Below, piece after piece: positions 24,707 through 31,795 of a stretch of DNA of 32,000 nucleotides. Source of the stretch: Candidatus Pacearchaeota archaeon. GTDB lineage: Archaea; Nanobdellota; Nanobdellia; Pacearchaeales; UBA284. Made by a program: the position numbers and the translations under genes. Location: NCBI GenBank assembly GCA_026016245.1, contig CP061211.1:480001-512000 (forward strand). The letters run 5' to 3'. The notes below the pieces were generated by a model. The model saw nothing but the letters and a program-made list of their open reading frames with translations. It was not told where the DNA came from and searched no databases. Within the stretch, counting starts at the first letter, position 1. The number at the start of each line of letters is the position of its first letter.

Positions 24707-25731
24707 CAGACTATAAAACGATAGAAACTAAAAAATTACATAAATTAATATATAAAGAGAGAGGAGTAAGAGTTAAACTTAGACAATTAACACACATTAA
24801 AAAAATAATAAATTCTGGTTGTTTATTAAACCTTGAATTTAAAAAAAATCAAGAGGAATTATTTAACATATTTGTAAAATATAGTAATGTATTAGAACAA
24901 ATAAAGGCTTTGAATAAGTTTTTTTTTGACTTAATAAAAACAAAAAAAGAATATCCAAAATTTCGTCTAACTATCAAAACACATTTTGCATTACGTACTA
25001 TTTTTACATTATTAAATGTTTCAAAAAATACTGCAGTATACAAAAATTTTGATAAAAAATTACTTAAAAAAGTAAATTTTGATGATTTTTTAAAAATAAC
25101 AAAAAAAATTATTACTGGTTTAGAAAAATTAAATTCTGAAATTATAGATCTTGAAGAATGGTTTAATGATAAATATAACATATCTTTAACAGAAGGGGGA
25201 CATCTTTATTTTTGCCCTAACTGTGGAAGATTTATTGGAGAAAAATTTAGAAGAATAAAATGTTTTTGTGGTAAAAATATAAATGAGGGTAGAAATACAT
25301 TGAGAAAAGAAGCAAGATATTTAAAAGATGAAATTTATAATTTTTTTACAAAAGGGTTTTGGTTAGAAGAAGCTATATGTGAGGTCTTAAAGCAATTAAG
25401 TGATAAAAGATATTGTGGGATAGATGTATTAGGAAGAAGCGGAATATTGCATGAACTGGATATTCTTACGGCTTTAGATAATAAAAAGATTTTTTTAATA
25501 GCAGAATGTAAAGATACAGATATTGATCTTAAAGATGTTATGAAATTAAATGTTAAAAATGAAGAAATTAATAGCCATATAAGTTGTATATTTACTACTG
25601 AAAAAGTATCTGATGAGAGGATCCTACAGTTTTGTAAATATTATAAGGTATTGATTTTTGACAAAGTATTTAATAGAAAATCAAGAGATATTTTAAATAA
25701 AATAAAGCAGGAAATAGATCTAATAAGGTAA
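24703..25731 (+). CDS. zinc-ribbon protein with C-terminal PD-(D/E)xK (Mrr/Hjc-like) nuclease core
   Basis: The track ORF starts at TTG 24676; ATG 24703 (MTDYKTIE) is preferred. CPNCGRF...CFCGKNI ribbon, then GIDVLGRSGILHELDILTALDNKKIFLIAECKD (D...ExK). Confidence 0.5.
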   Translation: MTDYKTIETKKLHKLIYKERGVRVKLRQLTHIKKIINSGCLLNLEFKKNQEELFNIFVKYSNVLEQIKALNKFFFDLIKTKKEYPKFRLTIKTHFALRTIFTLLNVSKNTAVYKNFDKKLLKKVNFDDFLKITKKIITGLEKLNSEIIDLEEWFNDKYNISLTEGGHLYFCPNCGRFIGEKFRRIKCFCGKNINEGRNTLRKEARYLKDEIYNFFTKGFWLEEAICEVLKQLSDKRYCGIDVLGRSGILHELDILTALDNKKIFLIAECKDTDIDLKDVMKLNVKNEEINSHISCIFTTEKVSDERILQFCKYYKVLIFDKVFNRKSRDILNKIKQEIDLIR

Positions 25732-25785
25732 AATCCTCAAGTATCCTAATTCGTTTAATACATCTTAGGAGAACTTTTTAGAGAA

Positions 25786-26127
25786 TTATGTATGAATTGG
25801 AGAAACTAGCTGTTCTGTTAGTTCTGGTGCAAGAGTCTTTTTAGTAAGAATCCAATCCAGCTTGATGAGATTGCTAATAAAAATATTTTTAATATTTAAC
25901 TTGAAATACTCGGATTTCCCAACTTTTCTAGTTTTTATTAATATTCCTTCCCTGATCCATTCTTTAAAAAAAACTTTAATAGAATTATAACTAACATTGC
26001 TTTCTCTTGCTATTTCAGTCATAGGATAATCAAAAAAATGATTTTCTATTAAGAAATCTAAAACTCTTAATTTGGGCGTATCTCCAAAGACCTCTAAAAA
26101 AATAGACTTATTTTTTTTCTTTTTCAT
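25786..26127 (-). CDS. winged-helix transcriptional regulator
   Basis: 113 aa. PKLRVLDFLIENHFFDYPMTEIARESNVSYNSIKVFFKEWIREGILIKTRKVGKSEYFKLN is a typical archaeal wHTH layout. Confidence 0.65.
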   Translation of the reverse strand: MKKKKNKSIFLEVFGDTPKLRVLDFLIENHFFDYPMTEIARESNVSYNSIKVFFKEWIREGILIKTRKVGKSEYFKLNIKNIFISNLIKLDWILTKKTLAPELTEQLVSPIHT

Positions 26128-26225
26128 AAAAATAAGTGGTATAAGTAGTATTTAAATATTTCTATTAAATAAAAGAATATTTCAAAAATAGAAACATTTA
26201 AAAATAATTGAAGTTTGTATTTTAA

Positions 26226-26495
26226 ATGAAAAAAATAGATGATTTAGAAAAAGCACAGTTATTGTTTAAGCTAGTTAGAGGAAAGAAAAATTGGGGCGCT
26301 TGTTATGATAGATTAGAGCATTTCAAAAGATTCCAGAATTTAGATAATATTATTAAAGAGCTTGCTAAAATTGGCTGGATTACCCTAACTAAAAAAACAA
26401 AATTAAAAGCCATATCTGCTAATCCAAAATTTAAAAAAAAGATTATTGAATTCATAGAAGATAAAATGCCTTATTTGAAAGGAGAGCTTAAATAA
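26226..26495 (+). CDS. hypothetical small protein
   Basis: 89-aa track ORF, divergent from the wHTH gene. Confidence 0.45.
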   Translation: MKKIDDLEKAQLLFKLVRGKKNWGACYDRLEHFKRFQNLDNIIKELAKIGWITLTKKTKLKAISANPKFKKKIIEFIEDKMPYLKGELK

Positions 26496-26498
26496 AAA

Positions 26499-26618
26499 AT
26501 GGTTTCTAGAAAGACAAGAGAAAGAATATTGAAAGAGAATAAAGAGCTTTTCAAAGCTTTAGAAGAATATGATAAGACTGGAAAGCCAATTTCTAGGATA
26601 ATTGAGGAAAAATTATAA
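26499..26618 (+). CDS. possible 39-aa ORF (MVSRKTRERILKENKELFKALEEYDKTGKPISRIIEEKL)
   Basis: Below the track cut-off. AGGAG at 26472-26476 (about 22 nt upstream). Starts 3 nt after the upstream stop. Confidence 0.3.
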   Translation: MVSRKTRERILKENKELFKALEEYDKTGKPISRIIEEKL

Positions 26619-26708
26619 CCCATCTCATCTAGGGAACTCTTGCTTTTCTTCTTATTATATATTTTAGATAAGAATAATAAATTTAAGTTCAAAATATTAT
26701 GTTTTCTG

Positions 26709-27065
26709 ATGGTGAATTCAATTTATGAGTATGTTTCTGAAAAGACAACAATATTCGGGGGTTTTGATTATGATTCTTGCGAGCTCTTTACAAAGAATAA
26801 TAAAGAATATTATGTTTATCTGGGGCTTCCAATGCTTAACCCTAAAGGCAATGTGCAATTGTTGATTATAAATGAAAAAGATGATAATAAGTGGTATTTC
26901 AGACATATAAGAAAAGACATTAGTGAAACAGAAGATGGCTATGGCATTAATGTAAAAGAGTATAATAAGATTGTCAATGAAACAATAGATAAAGAATATG
27001 AAGTTAACCCCAAAAATCTTGAGGAGATTTTATTGAATGTTATTGAGGATCTAGAGATTGTCTAA
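26709..27065 (+). CDS. hypothetical protein
   Basis: The track ORF starts at TTG 26640; ATG 26709 (MVNSIYEYV) is preferred. The 3' end overlaps the recombinase 3' end by 15 nt. Confidence 0.45.
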   Translation: MVNSIYEYVSEKTTIFGGFDYDSCELFTKNNKEYYVYLGLPMLNPKGNVQLLIINEKDDNKWYFRHIRKDISETEDGYGINVKEYNKIVNETIDKEYEVNPKNLEEILLNVIEDLEIV

Positions 27066-27866
27066 TGGATTCTTGACTTTCTTTATTTCTTCTGTGCTTA
27101 CATGAGTGTAGATTTGTGTTGTGTTGAGGTTTTCATGGCCTAAAAGAACTTGAATTATTCTTATGTCTGTTCCTGATTCTAAAAGATGTGTTGCATAACT
27201 GTGTCTTAAAGTGTGAGGAGTGACTTTTTTCTGGATATTTGCATTTTCTGCTGTTTTTTTGATTATTTTTTGTATGTTTCTTGTTGTGAATGGCTTGTCT
27301 TTTGAGAAAAGGTATTGGTTTTTGGGATGTTTTTCTATATAATTTTGTAATTCATCTATTAATTTTTCTGGTAATGTAAAAAACCTGTCTTTTTTGCCTT
27401 TTCCTTTTTTCACTATCCCTGTTTTTTCCTGCAGATTAAGATCCTGAGGTTTAAGATTTACTAATTCGCTGACTCTTAAACCTGTTGAGTATAGGAATTT
27501 TATCATAAGTTTTGATTTTCTTGTTTGTGATGCATCTATAAGGCTTTTTATCTCATCTTTTGTTAAAACTGAAGGTAGTGTTTTGTCTTTTTTTGGCCTT
27601 TTGATGTCTTTTGTTAAATCCTGCTTTAAAATAGCTATAGAAGCGAACTTTATTGCAGCTAAAGCTAAAATTATTGAACTTGAAGCTTTGTCTGACATTG
27701 ATGCTAGAAAGTTTTTAACATCTTCCTCACTTAACTGTTCAGGATCTTTGTTTGTTGATTCTAAAAGTTTTTTGTTAAAATAAAGATAATTTCTTATAGT
27801 TAAATTGCTTCTTTTTATTAATTTGAGTTCTGTTTCAAGTTTTTTCAGATATTCCTCTTTTTGCAT
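27051..27866 (-). CDS. tyrosine recombinase/integrase (XerA/XerC/D-like)
   Basis: 271 aa. N-terminal SAM-like core-binding domain. The catalytic region has GLRVSEL, HTLRHSYATHLLESGTDIRIIQVLLGHENLNTTQIYTHV (R..HxxR..Y). Confidence 0.9.
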   Translation of the reverse strand: MQKEEYLKKLETELKLIKRSNLTIRNYLYFNKKLLESTNKDPEQLSEEDVKNFLASMSDKASSSIILALAAIKFASIAILKQDLTKDIKRPKKDKTLPSVLTKDEIKSLIDASQTRKSKLMIKFLYSTGLRVSELVNLKPQDLNLQEKTGIVKKGKGKKDRFFTLPEKLIDELQNYIEKHPKNQYLFSKDKPFTTRNIQKIIKKTAENANIQKKVTPHTLRHSYATHLLESGTDIRIIQVLLGHENLNTTQIYTHVSTEEIKKVKNPLDNL

Positions 27867-27908
27867 TTTTAGTTGTTTTTAATTATTTTTTAATATTTTG
27901 ATTAAAAC

Positions 27909-27923
27909 GAACAAATATATAAA
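27909..27923. repeat. left arm of perfect 15-bp inverted repeat GAACAAATATATAAA
   Basis: Its reverse complement TTTATATATTTGTTC occurs at 28045-28059. On the minus strand it reads as a TATA-like box about 50 nt upstream of the recombinase ATG (27866). Confidence 0.8.
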
Positions 27924-28044
27924 CTTTTGTAGTTCTCCTAATGCACCTTGTGCGCACTTTTGGCCTGTTTTCGACGAGAAATAGTCTTATGCAGTAACTT
28001 ATTGGCAACGCTTAAAACTTTTAGCTTTGGTTTTAGACGACAAA

Positions 28045-28059
28045 TTTATATATTTGTTC
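28045..28059. repeat. right arm of 15-bp inverted repeat TTTATATATTTGTTC
   Basis: The TATA-like part at 28045-28052 lies about 25 nt before ATG 28074. Confidence 0.8.
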
Positions 28060-28073
28060 ATCTTTTAAAATAA

Positions 28074-28316
28074 ATGGTTAAATGGCCAGAGTGGTTGGTT
28101 TTTGGAATTAGTTTTATAGTGTTAGCAGTATTTTGTTTTTTTGCATTAGAAATGTCACCTATTTTCGGGATACCTGGGAAATGGACAGAATATCTGGTTT
28201 TTGGCAAGTTTTTTGGTGTTATTTTCTTGATCTTGGCTATTGCTAGTTTCATAAACCTGATTATATCTGCTTCAAGAGAGAAAATACAAAGAGAAATAAG
28301 AAAGAGTAGAAAGTAA
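28074..28316 (+). CDS. small 2-TM membrane protein
   Basis: 80 aa with two hydrophobic helices and a basic tail. Confidence 0.5.
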   Translation: MVKWPEWLVFGISFIVLAVFCFFALEMSPIFGIPGKWTEYLVFGKFFGVIFLILAIASFINLIISASREKIQREIRKSRK

Positions 28317-28364
28317 GCTTAAAAGTTTTAATTTTTAGATTTTTAGCCTTTTTGGTTAGTTCTC

Positions 28365-28658
28365 TCAGCTTTTCTTAGCTCCCCACTTAGAGAATAAGAC
28401 AAGGGCCATCACACAGACTATTGTTATTAATATTGCTGAGTAGATTTTGTAAAGATAGGCTTGTTGTATCTGAATGCCCATATTTACTATGAAAGCATTA
28501 ATACCCTCTTGTATAGCATCTCTCCATACTAAAGCTATGAGAAAAGCAAAACCAGCTGTGATTGCTGTGGCTATATGGGTCCTAAATCCTTTTCTAAATT
28601 CTTGCTCTAGATTCTTTGCTGTGCTTAAAACTTTTGATTTTCTGAACCTCTTTTTCAT
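28365..28658 (-). CDS. small 2-TM membrane protein
   Basis: 97 aa. Basic N-terminus, then TAITAGFAFLIALVWRDAIQ and ILITIVCVMALVLF helices. Confidence 0.55.
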   Translation of the reverse strand: MKKRFRKSKVLSTAKNLEQEFRKGFRTHIATAITAGFAFLIALVWRDAIQEGINAFIVNMGIQIQQAYLYKIYSAILITIVCVMALVLFSKWGAKKS

Positions 28659-28776
28659 GAAAATTAGAATAATCTAATGCTTAAAAATTTTAGTTTTTTA
28701 CTTAAAGTTTTTAATTTTTTATTTATTTTTTGTAATTTTTAGAAAAATTTAAAAGCATCTGTTGTTTGATTTTTTT

Positions 28777-29409
28777 ATGGGTTTTCTATGGTTCGGAAAA
28801 AAGAAAAAAGGAGATGAATCTGATAAAATTAAAGATGAAGTTAAGTCTTCTTTTGAAAATGTTAAGCGAGATATGTCCAAAATAAGCCGTTGGATTAGAC
28901 ATTTGGACACTAAAGACAATGTTCTAGAGGGTGAAATGGGTATGATTAGAGATGAAATTGGGGGTATAAAGCAAGATATCGACGGGATTAAAAGTTTTGT
29001 TTCTTTCTTTGATACACGTCTGGCAAGCAGGATTTTCAAGCAAAAACAAACACCTGTCCATAAACAAACAGCTGTCCAAGCTGTCCAAACACCTGTCCAA
29101 ACAGTTGTTCAAACAGCAATTTTAAGGGGTTTGACAGCAAATGAAAGACTTATAATATGGACTTTGCTTAATACTGATCTTAAATTGAGCTATGATGATA
29201 TTGCAGTTTTATTAGGAAAAGAAAAATCTACTGTGAGGGGCCAGATTAATAGTATCAAACAAAAAAGTGGCATTGGATTGATAAATGAATTTTTAGAAAT
29301 ATCTGGAAAAAAAAGATATTATATTAATGAAAAAGTTAGAAACACAATTTTTAAGTCAATCAAGGTAAAAACTAGAAAAATAGAAAAAACAGGAAGAGGC
29401 AAAAAGTAG
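28777..29409 (+). CDS. coiled-coil + Q/T/V-rich linker + C-terminal winged-helix protein
   Basis: The track ORF starts at TTG 28762; ATG 28777 (MGFLWFGKKKK) is preferred. VKSSFENVKRDM coiled-coil start. C-terminal LTANERLIIWTLLNTDLKLSYDDIAVLLGKEKSTVRGQINSIKQK wHTH. Confidence 0.6.
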   Translation: MGFLWFGKKKKGDESDKIKDEVKSSFENVKRDMSKISRWIRHLDTKDNVLEGEMGMIRDEIGGIKQDIDGIKSFVSFFDTRLASRIFKQKQTPVHKQTAVQAVQTPVQTVVQTAILRGLTANERLIIWTLLNTDLKLSYDDIAVLLGKEKSTVRGQINSIKQKSGIGLINEFLEISGKKRYYINEKVRNTIFKSIKVKTRKIEKTGRGKK

Positions 29410-29837
29410 AAAAGATAAGTTTTGGGCTAGATGAGATATAGGTAAAGTCAAGCTAAATTATGAATTTTATGAGTTGAAATATAGGAAAAGTGAGGCATCT
29501 ATTTGAATAAACGAACTTTTTAGGCTGAAAATTGCTGAAAAAAGTCTAGAGAAAGAGGAAAAGTGAGAGTTTGTTGTTGGGATTAAAACGAACTACCAAG
29601 GAAAAAACAGAAATAAAAGTGTTTAGGAATAAGTAAAAGTGAGTGTTAGAATTAGTTTATTGGAATTTGTGGATGTTTTAACATACAACATGTGGTATAG
29701 GGTATAGGGTTAGAATACAAGATTTAGTTAAAATAAAGGTTAAATAAGGTTATATGATAGTTATTCGGCTAAGCGTTTTATGATATCTAGTATTAATTTT
29801 ATATCTCTTTAAAACAAATATTCTTCTAGAACTTAAA
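29410..29837 (+). repeat. 428-bp noncoding, G-rich/C-poor spacer with periodic iteron-like motifs
   Basis: A(T/G)AGGNAAAGT(G/C)A(G/A)G-type motif at 29438-29452, 29481-29495, 29554-29568 and 29629-29643. AAACGAACT at 29509-29517 and 29586-29594. GGTATAG GGTATAG GGTTAGA at 29694-29714. No ORF of 60 codons or more. Confidence 0.7.
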
Positions 29838-30485
29838 CTATAGTCCTTTTAATTTTGATAGCTTGTCTAAAGTAGCTAGATCTTTTAATTCTCGAGGTAT
29901 CTTTAGTATGATTATCTTGTTATTAATTTTCTCCTTAATTACTGGTATTCCCTTATGAATAAGTCTGACAACATAATCTCTTATTGAACTTTCTGTTAAT
30001 CCTGTTCTTTGTGCAATATCACTATAAGTTACTTTTTCTAGCTCTTCTTCTAATGTATAGAGAACTGAGAAGATCAGGAATTCTTTGTTTGTTAATGTTT
30101 TGAATTTTTCTCCTAGATCCTGTCTTAATGTGTCAAGAATATCAGAAAGCTGGTTGATTTCTTGTGAATATTCTGGCCTCTTAGAAGCTGTTTCAGGAGT
30201 TCGTTTTAATGGTGTTATTTGTCTGTCGTATGTGTGCTGTCTGTCTGCTGGAACCCCTTCATTTCCTATGGAACTCTGGAAATTTGCTTGTTTTAGGCTG
30301 TAATTCATTAGATTATCTGCCGTATTATGTGTCGTATGTCTGGCTTGTGCTGGAGGTGTGCTGGATAATAGAATTCGCTTAATTTCCTCAATTTCTTGTT
30401 TAAGAATCATAATTTCTTGTTGAAAAAAAAGCATGTCTTCTTTGATTTTTGAGAAAGATTCTCTAACTTTATTTTCATCTATCAT
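29838..30485 (-). CDS. coiled-coil + low-complexity linker + C-terminal winged-helix protein (paralog-like to 28777..29409)
   Basis: 215 aa. VRESFSKIKEDM coiled-coil start. C-terminal LTNKEFLIFSVLYTLEEELEKVTYSDIAQRTGLTESSIRDYVVRLIHKG. Confidence 0.6.
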   Translation of the reverse strand: MIDENKVRESFSKIKEDMLFFQQEIMILKQEIEEIKRILLSSTPPAQARHTTHNTADNLMNYSLKQANFQSSIGNEGVPADRQHTYDRQITPLKRTPETASKRPEYSQEINQLSDILDTLRQDLGEKFKTLTNKEFLIFSVLYTLEEELEKVTYSDIAQRTGLTESSIRDYVVRLIHKGIPVIKEKINNKIIILKIPRELKDLATLDKLSKLKGL

Positions 30486-30527
30486 TTTAGTTAGGGATAT
30501 GTTAAGTAATTTAAATAGATTTTTGTG

Positions 30528-30836
30528 TTATAAAATCCTAGAATCAATTATAAATTTCTGGCTGGCATTATTGATCTTTTTGTAGGCATCATAGACTTTT
30601 GAATCTAAGCGCCACCTTATGCGTCTGCTATAGTCCTGACCTTTTGGATTCTTTTTTATTGCTATGACCAAGCCCTTAGCCTCTAGTCCAAGAAGCAGCT
30701 TTTTCATGTATTCTTCATCTCTGGCCAGTTCTTGAGCTATACGGCATGTGAAAAGGGCTTTTGGGGAGTGTTGGAAAAGGAAATGAAGTATTGATTCTTT
30801 TATCTTTTCCTCTTTTCTTATTGATATTCTTGGCAT
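30528..30836 (-). CDS. winged-helix DNA-binding protein
   Basis: 102 aa. ILHFLFQHSPKALFTCRIAQELARDEEYMKKLLLGLEAKGLVIAIKK. Confidence 0.6.
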   Translation of the reverse strand: MPRISIRKEEKIKESILHFLFQHSPKALFTCRIAQELARDEEYMKKLLLGLEAKGLVIAIKKNPKGQDYSRRIRWRLDSKVYDAYKKINNASQKFIIDSRIL

Positions 30837-30886
30837 GTTTCTGTTTATGTAAAAATGTTTATAAAGATTATTGTGTTCTTCGGTTT

Positions 30887-31795
30887 ATGATTTCAAAAGA
30901 AGTGACTAGGAGAGCGTTTCTAAAGTATATGATTGCAGGAGGGGCTGCTTTAGCTGCTAAACCTTCATTATTATGGGGTGAGACACTTGAAGATAAAATT
31001 AAAAGAAGAAGAATTGATGCCTTGCATCCTGGTCCAAGAGGACAACATATTGCAGGCTATCGGTTTCCTCTTAAGATTAAAGATAAGATTTTTCCTTATA
31101 TGAAAGGCGAGGAAATAAAATTTAATGTGCGTTTTGAGTATTTTCAGGGCCCAAAAGGTGTTGGAGGAGCTTTAAGGACTTTTGTTTATTTAGATGAAAA
31201 AGATTGGTATTCTAGAAAAGCTATACGCAATCTTAAACTCATATTCTATAGTACAAAGAAAACAAGTGTATCAAAAGAGATATATGAAGTTAATGTGGAT
31301 CGGCATAAAGGAAGAGTAACACACTGTTCTCTTGATTATGTCATACTTCCAGGAGATTATTTTGCTAAAAAATTTGAGAGTAGTGTTTACACAATTTTAA
31401 AAAAAGCGAAAATAAACAAGAAGGATATAAAAAAGGTGTTTTGGGTAAAAGATTTATTTGAAGATATCAAGGATCAGGATTTATTGGAAAAGATTATTGA
31501 AAAAGGTAATGATATAACTGGCCAAAGTGTGCATATAAAAACTGCTGATTATAATGGTTTTGGTCTTCTTGATGATAATCTTCTGAATGGAGAGAAAAGA
31601 AATCCAAAACTAGTGAGGGTTGAGTTGTTGAGAGGCGATCAGAGTGTTGAAGCAGTGGGTATTATTCTTAAGGTTGTTGATTTCAGGGAGACTAAAATGG
31701 GCACAGGAAATTTATTTGGTAGTGCTGATTATTTCTTTGACTTTAATGTGAAAAAACTTAGTAAAGACATAAATATTCCAAAAGGGGAAGATTAA
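30887..31795 (+). CDS. Tat-signal secreted protein of unknown function
   Basis: The track ORF starts at 30761 and overlaps the divergent gene; ATG 30887 is preferred. MISKEVTRRAFLKYMIAGGAALAAKPSLLWG is a twin-arginine signal. GTTTATAAAG box at 30858-30867. Confidence 0.6.
   Translation: MISKEVTRRAFLKYMIAGGAALAAKPSLLWGETLEDKIKRRRIDALHPGPRGQHIAGYRFPLKIKDKIFPYMKGEEIKFNVRFEYFQGPKGVGGALRTFVYLDEKDWYSRKAIRNLKLIFYSTKKTSVSKEIYEVNVDRHKGRVTHCSLDYVILPGDYFAKKFESSVYTILKKAKINKKDIKKVFWVKDLFEDIKDQDLLEKIIEKGNDITGQSVHIKTADYNGFGLLDDNLLNGEKRNPKLVRVELLRGDQSVEAVGIILKVVDFRETKMGTGNLFGSADYFFDFNVKKLSKDINIPKGED

Noticed and set aside
27909-28059. The inverted repeat as an archaeal dif site for a Xer recombinase
   Set aside because: As I recall, known dif/Xer sites are about 28 bp with 11-bp arms around a 6-8-bp spacer. 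Here the 15-bp arms are 121 bp apart, so this is not dif geometry.
28010-28635. The 306-307-bp spacing of GCTTAAAA motifs as evidence of a tandem duplication of a gene unit
   Set aside because: The two enclosed genes are on opposite strands and their proteins show no similarity. The spacing is probably incidental.
27898-29593. The shared 13-mer GATTAAAACGAAC (27898-27910 and 29581-29593) as att sites of a 1.7-kb element next to the recombinase
   Set aside because: My rough estimate is that a 13-nt A/T-rich match is expected by chance at about this frequency within a few kb. The enclosed genes do not look like a complete mobile element. I kept it only as a note that AAACGAAC recurs in the 29410-29837 repeats.
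29410-29837. CRISPR array
   Set aside because: The repeats are imperfect and of unequal spacing (43, 73, 76 nt). They lack a constant repeat length, and no cas genes are nearby other than the unrelated solo Cas4-like gene 28 kb away.
228-30303. Many antisense or out-of-frame track ORFs nested inside longer genes: 228..497, 2055..2246, 2697..2966, 2794..3024, 6969..7205, 7302..7595, 8148..8393, 8398..8649, 10273..10512, 10763..10993, 11943..12170, 12264..12521, 12753..12947, 13895..14095, 13999..14220, 14506..14721, 15550..15804, 17001..17204, 17626..18144, 19718..19978, 20367..20567, 21367..21618, 21594..21803, 24391..24576, 24849..25181, 26471..26692, 26718..26906, 27583..27783, 28058..28252, 28474..28677, 28749..29039, 28924..29112, 30085..30303
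   Set aside because: Each is fully or largely contained in a longer ORF on the other strand or frame that has recognisable motifs or better start context. The translations are Leu/Phe/Ser/Ile-rich low-complexity strings, as expected from the complement of K/E/N-rich coding DNA.
2345-30886. N-terminal extensions in the track for several genes (starts at 2345, 4415, 5099, 8752, 16094, 24676, 26640, 28762, 30761)
   Set aside because: All except 8752 begin at TTG (or another alternative start codon); 8752 is an ATG but lies only 8 nt from the divergent csp start. The extensions run through the upstream gene or through promoter-like DNA. A downstream ATG with an RBS, TATA spacing or ATGA coupling gives a more plausible start, and I used those.
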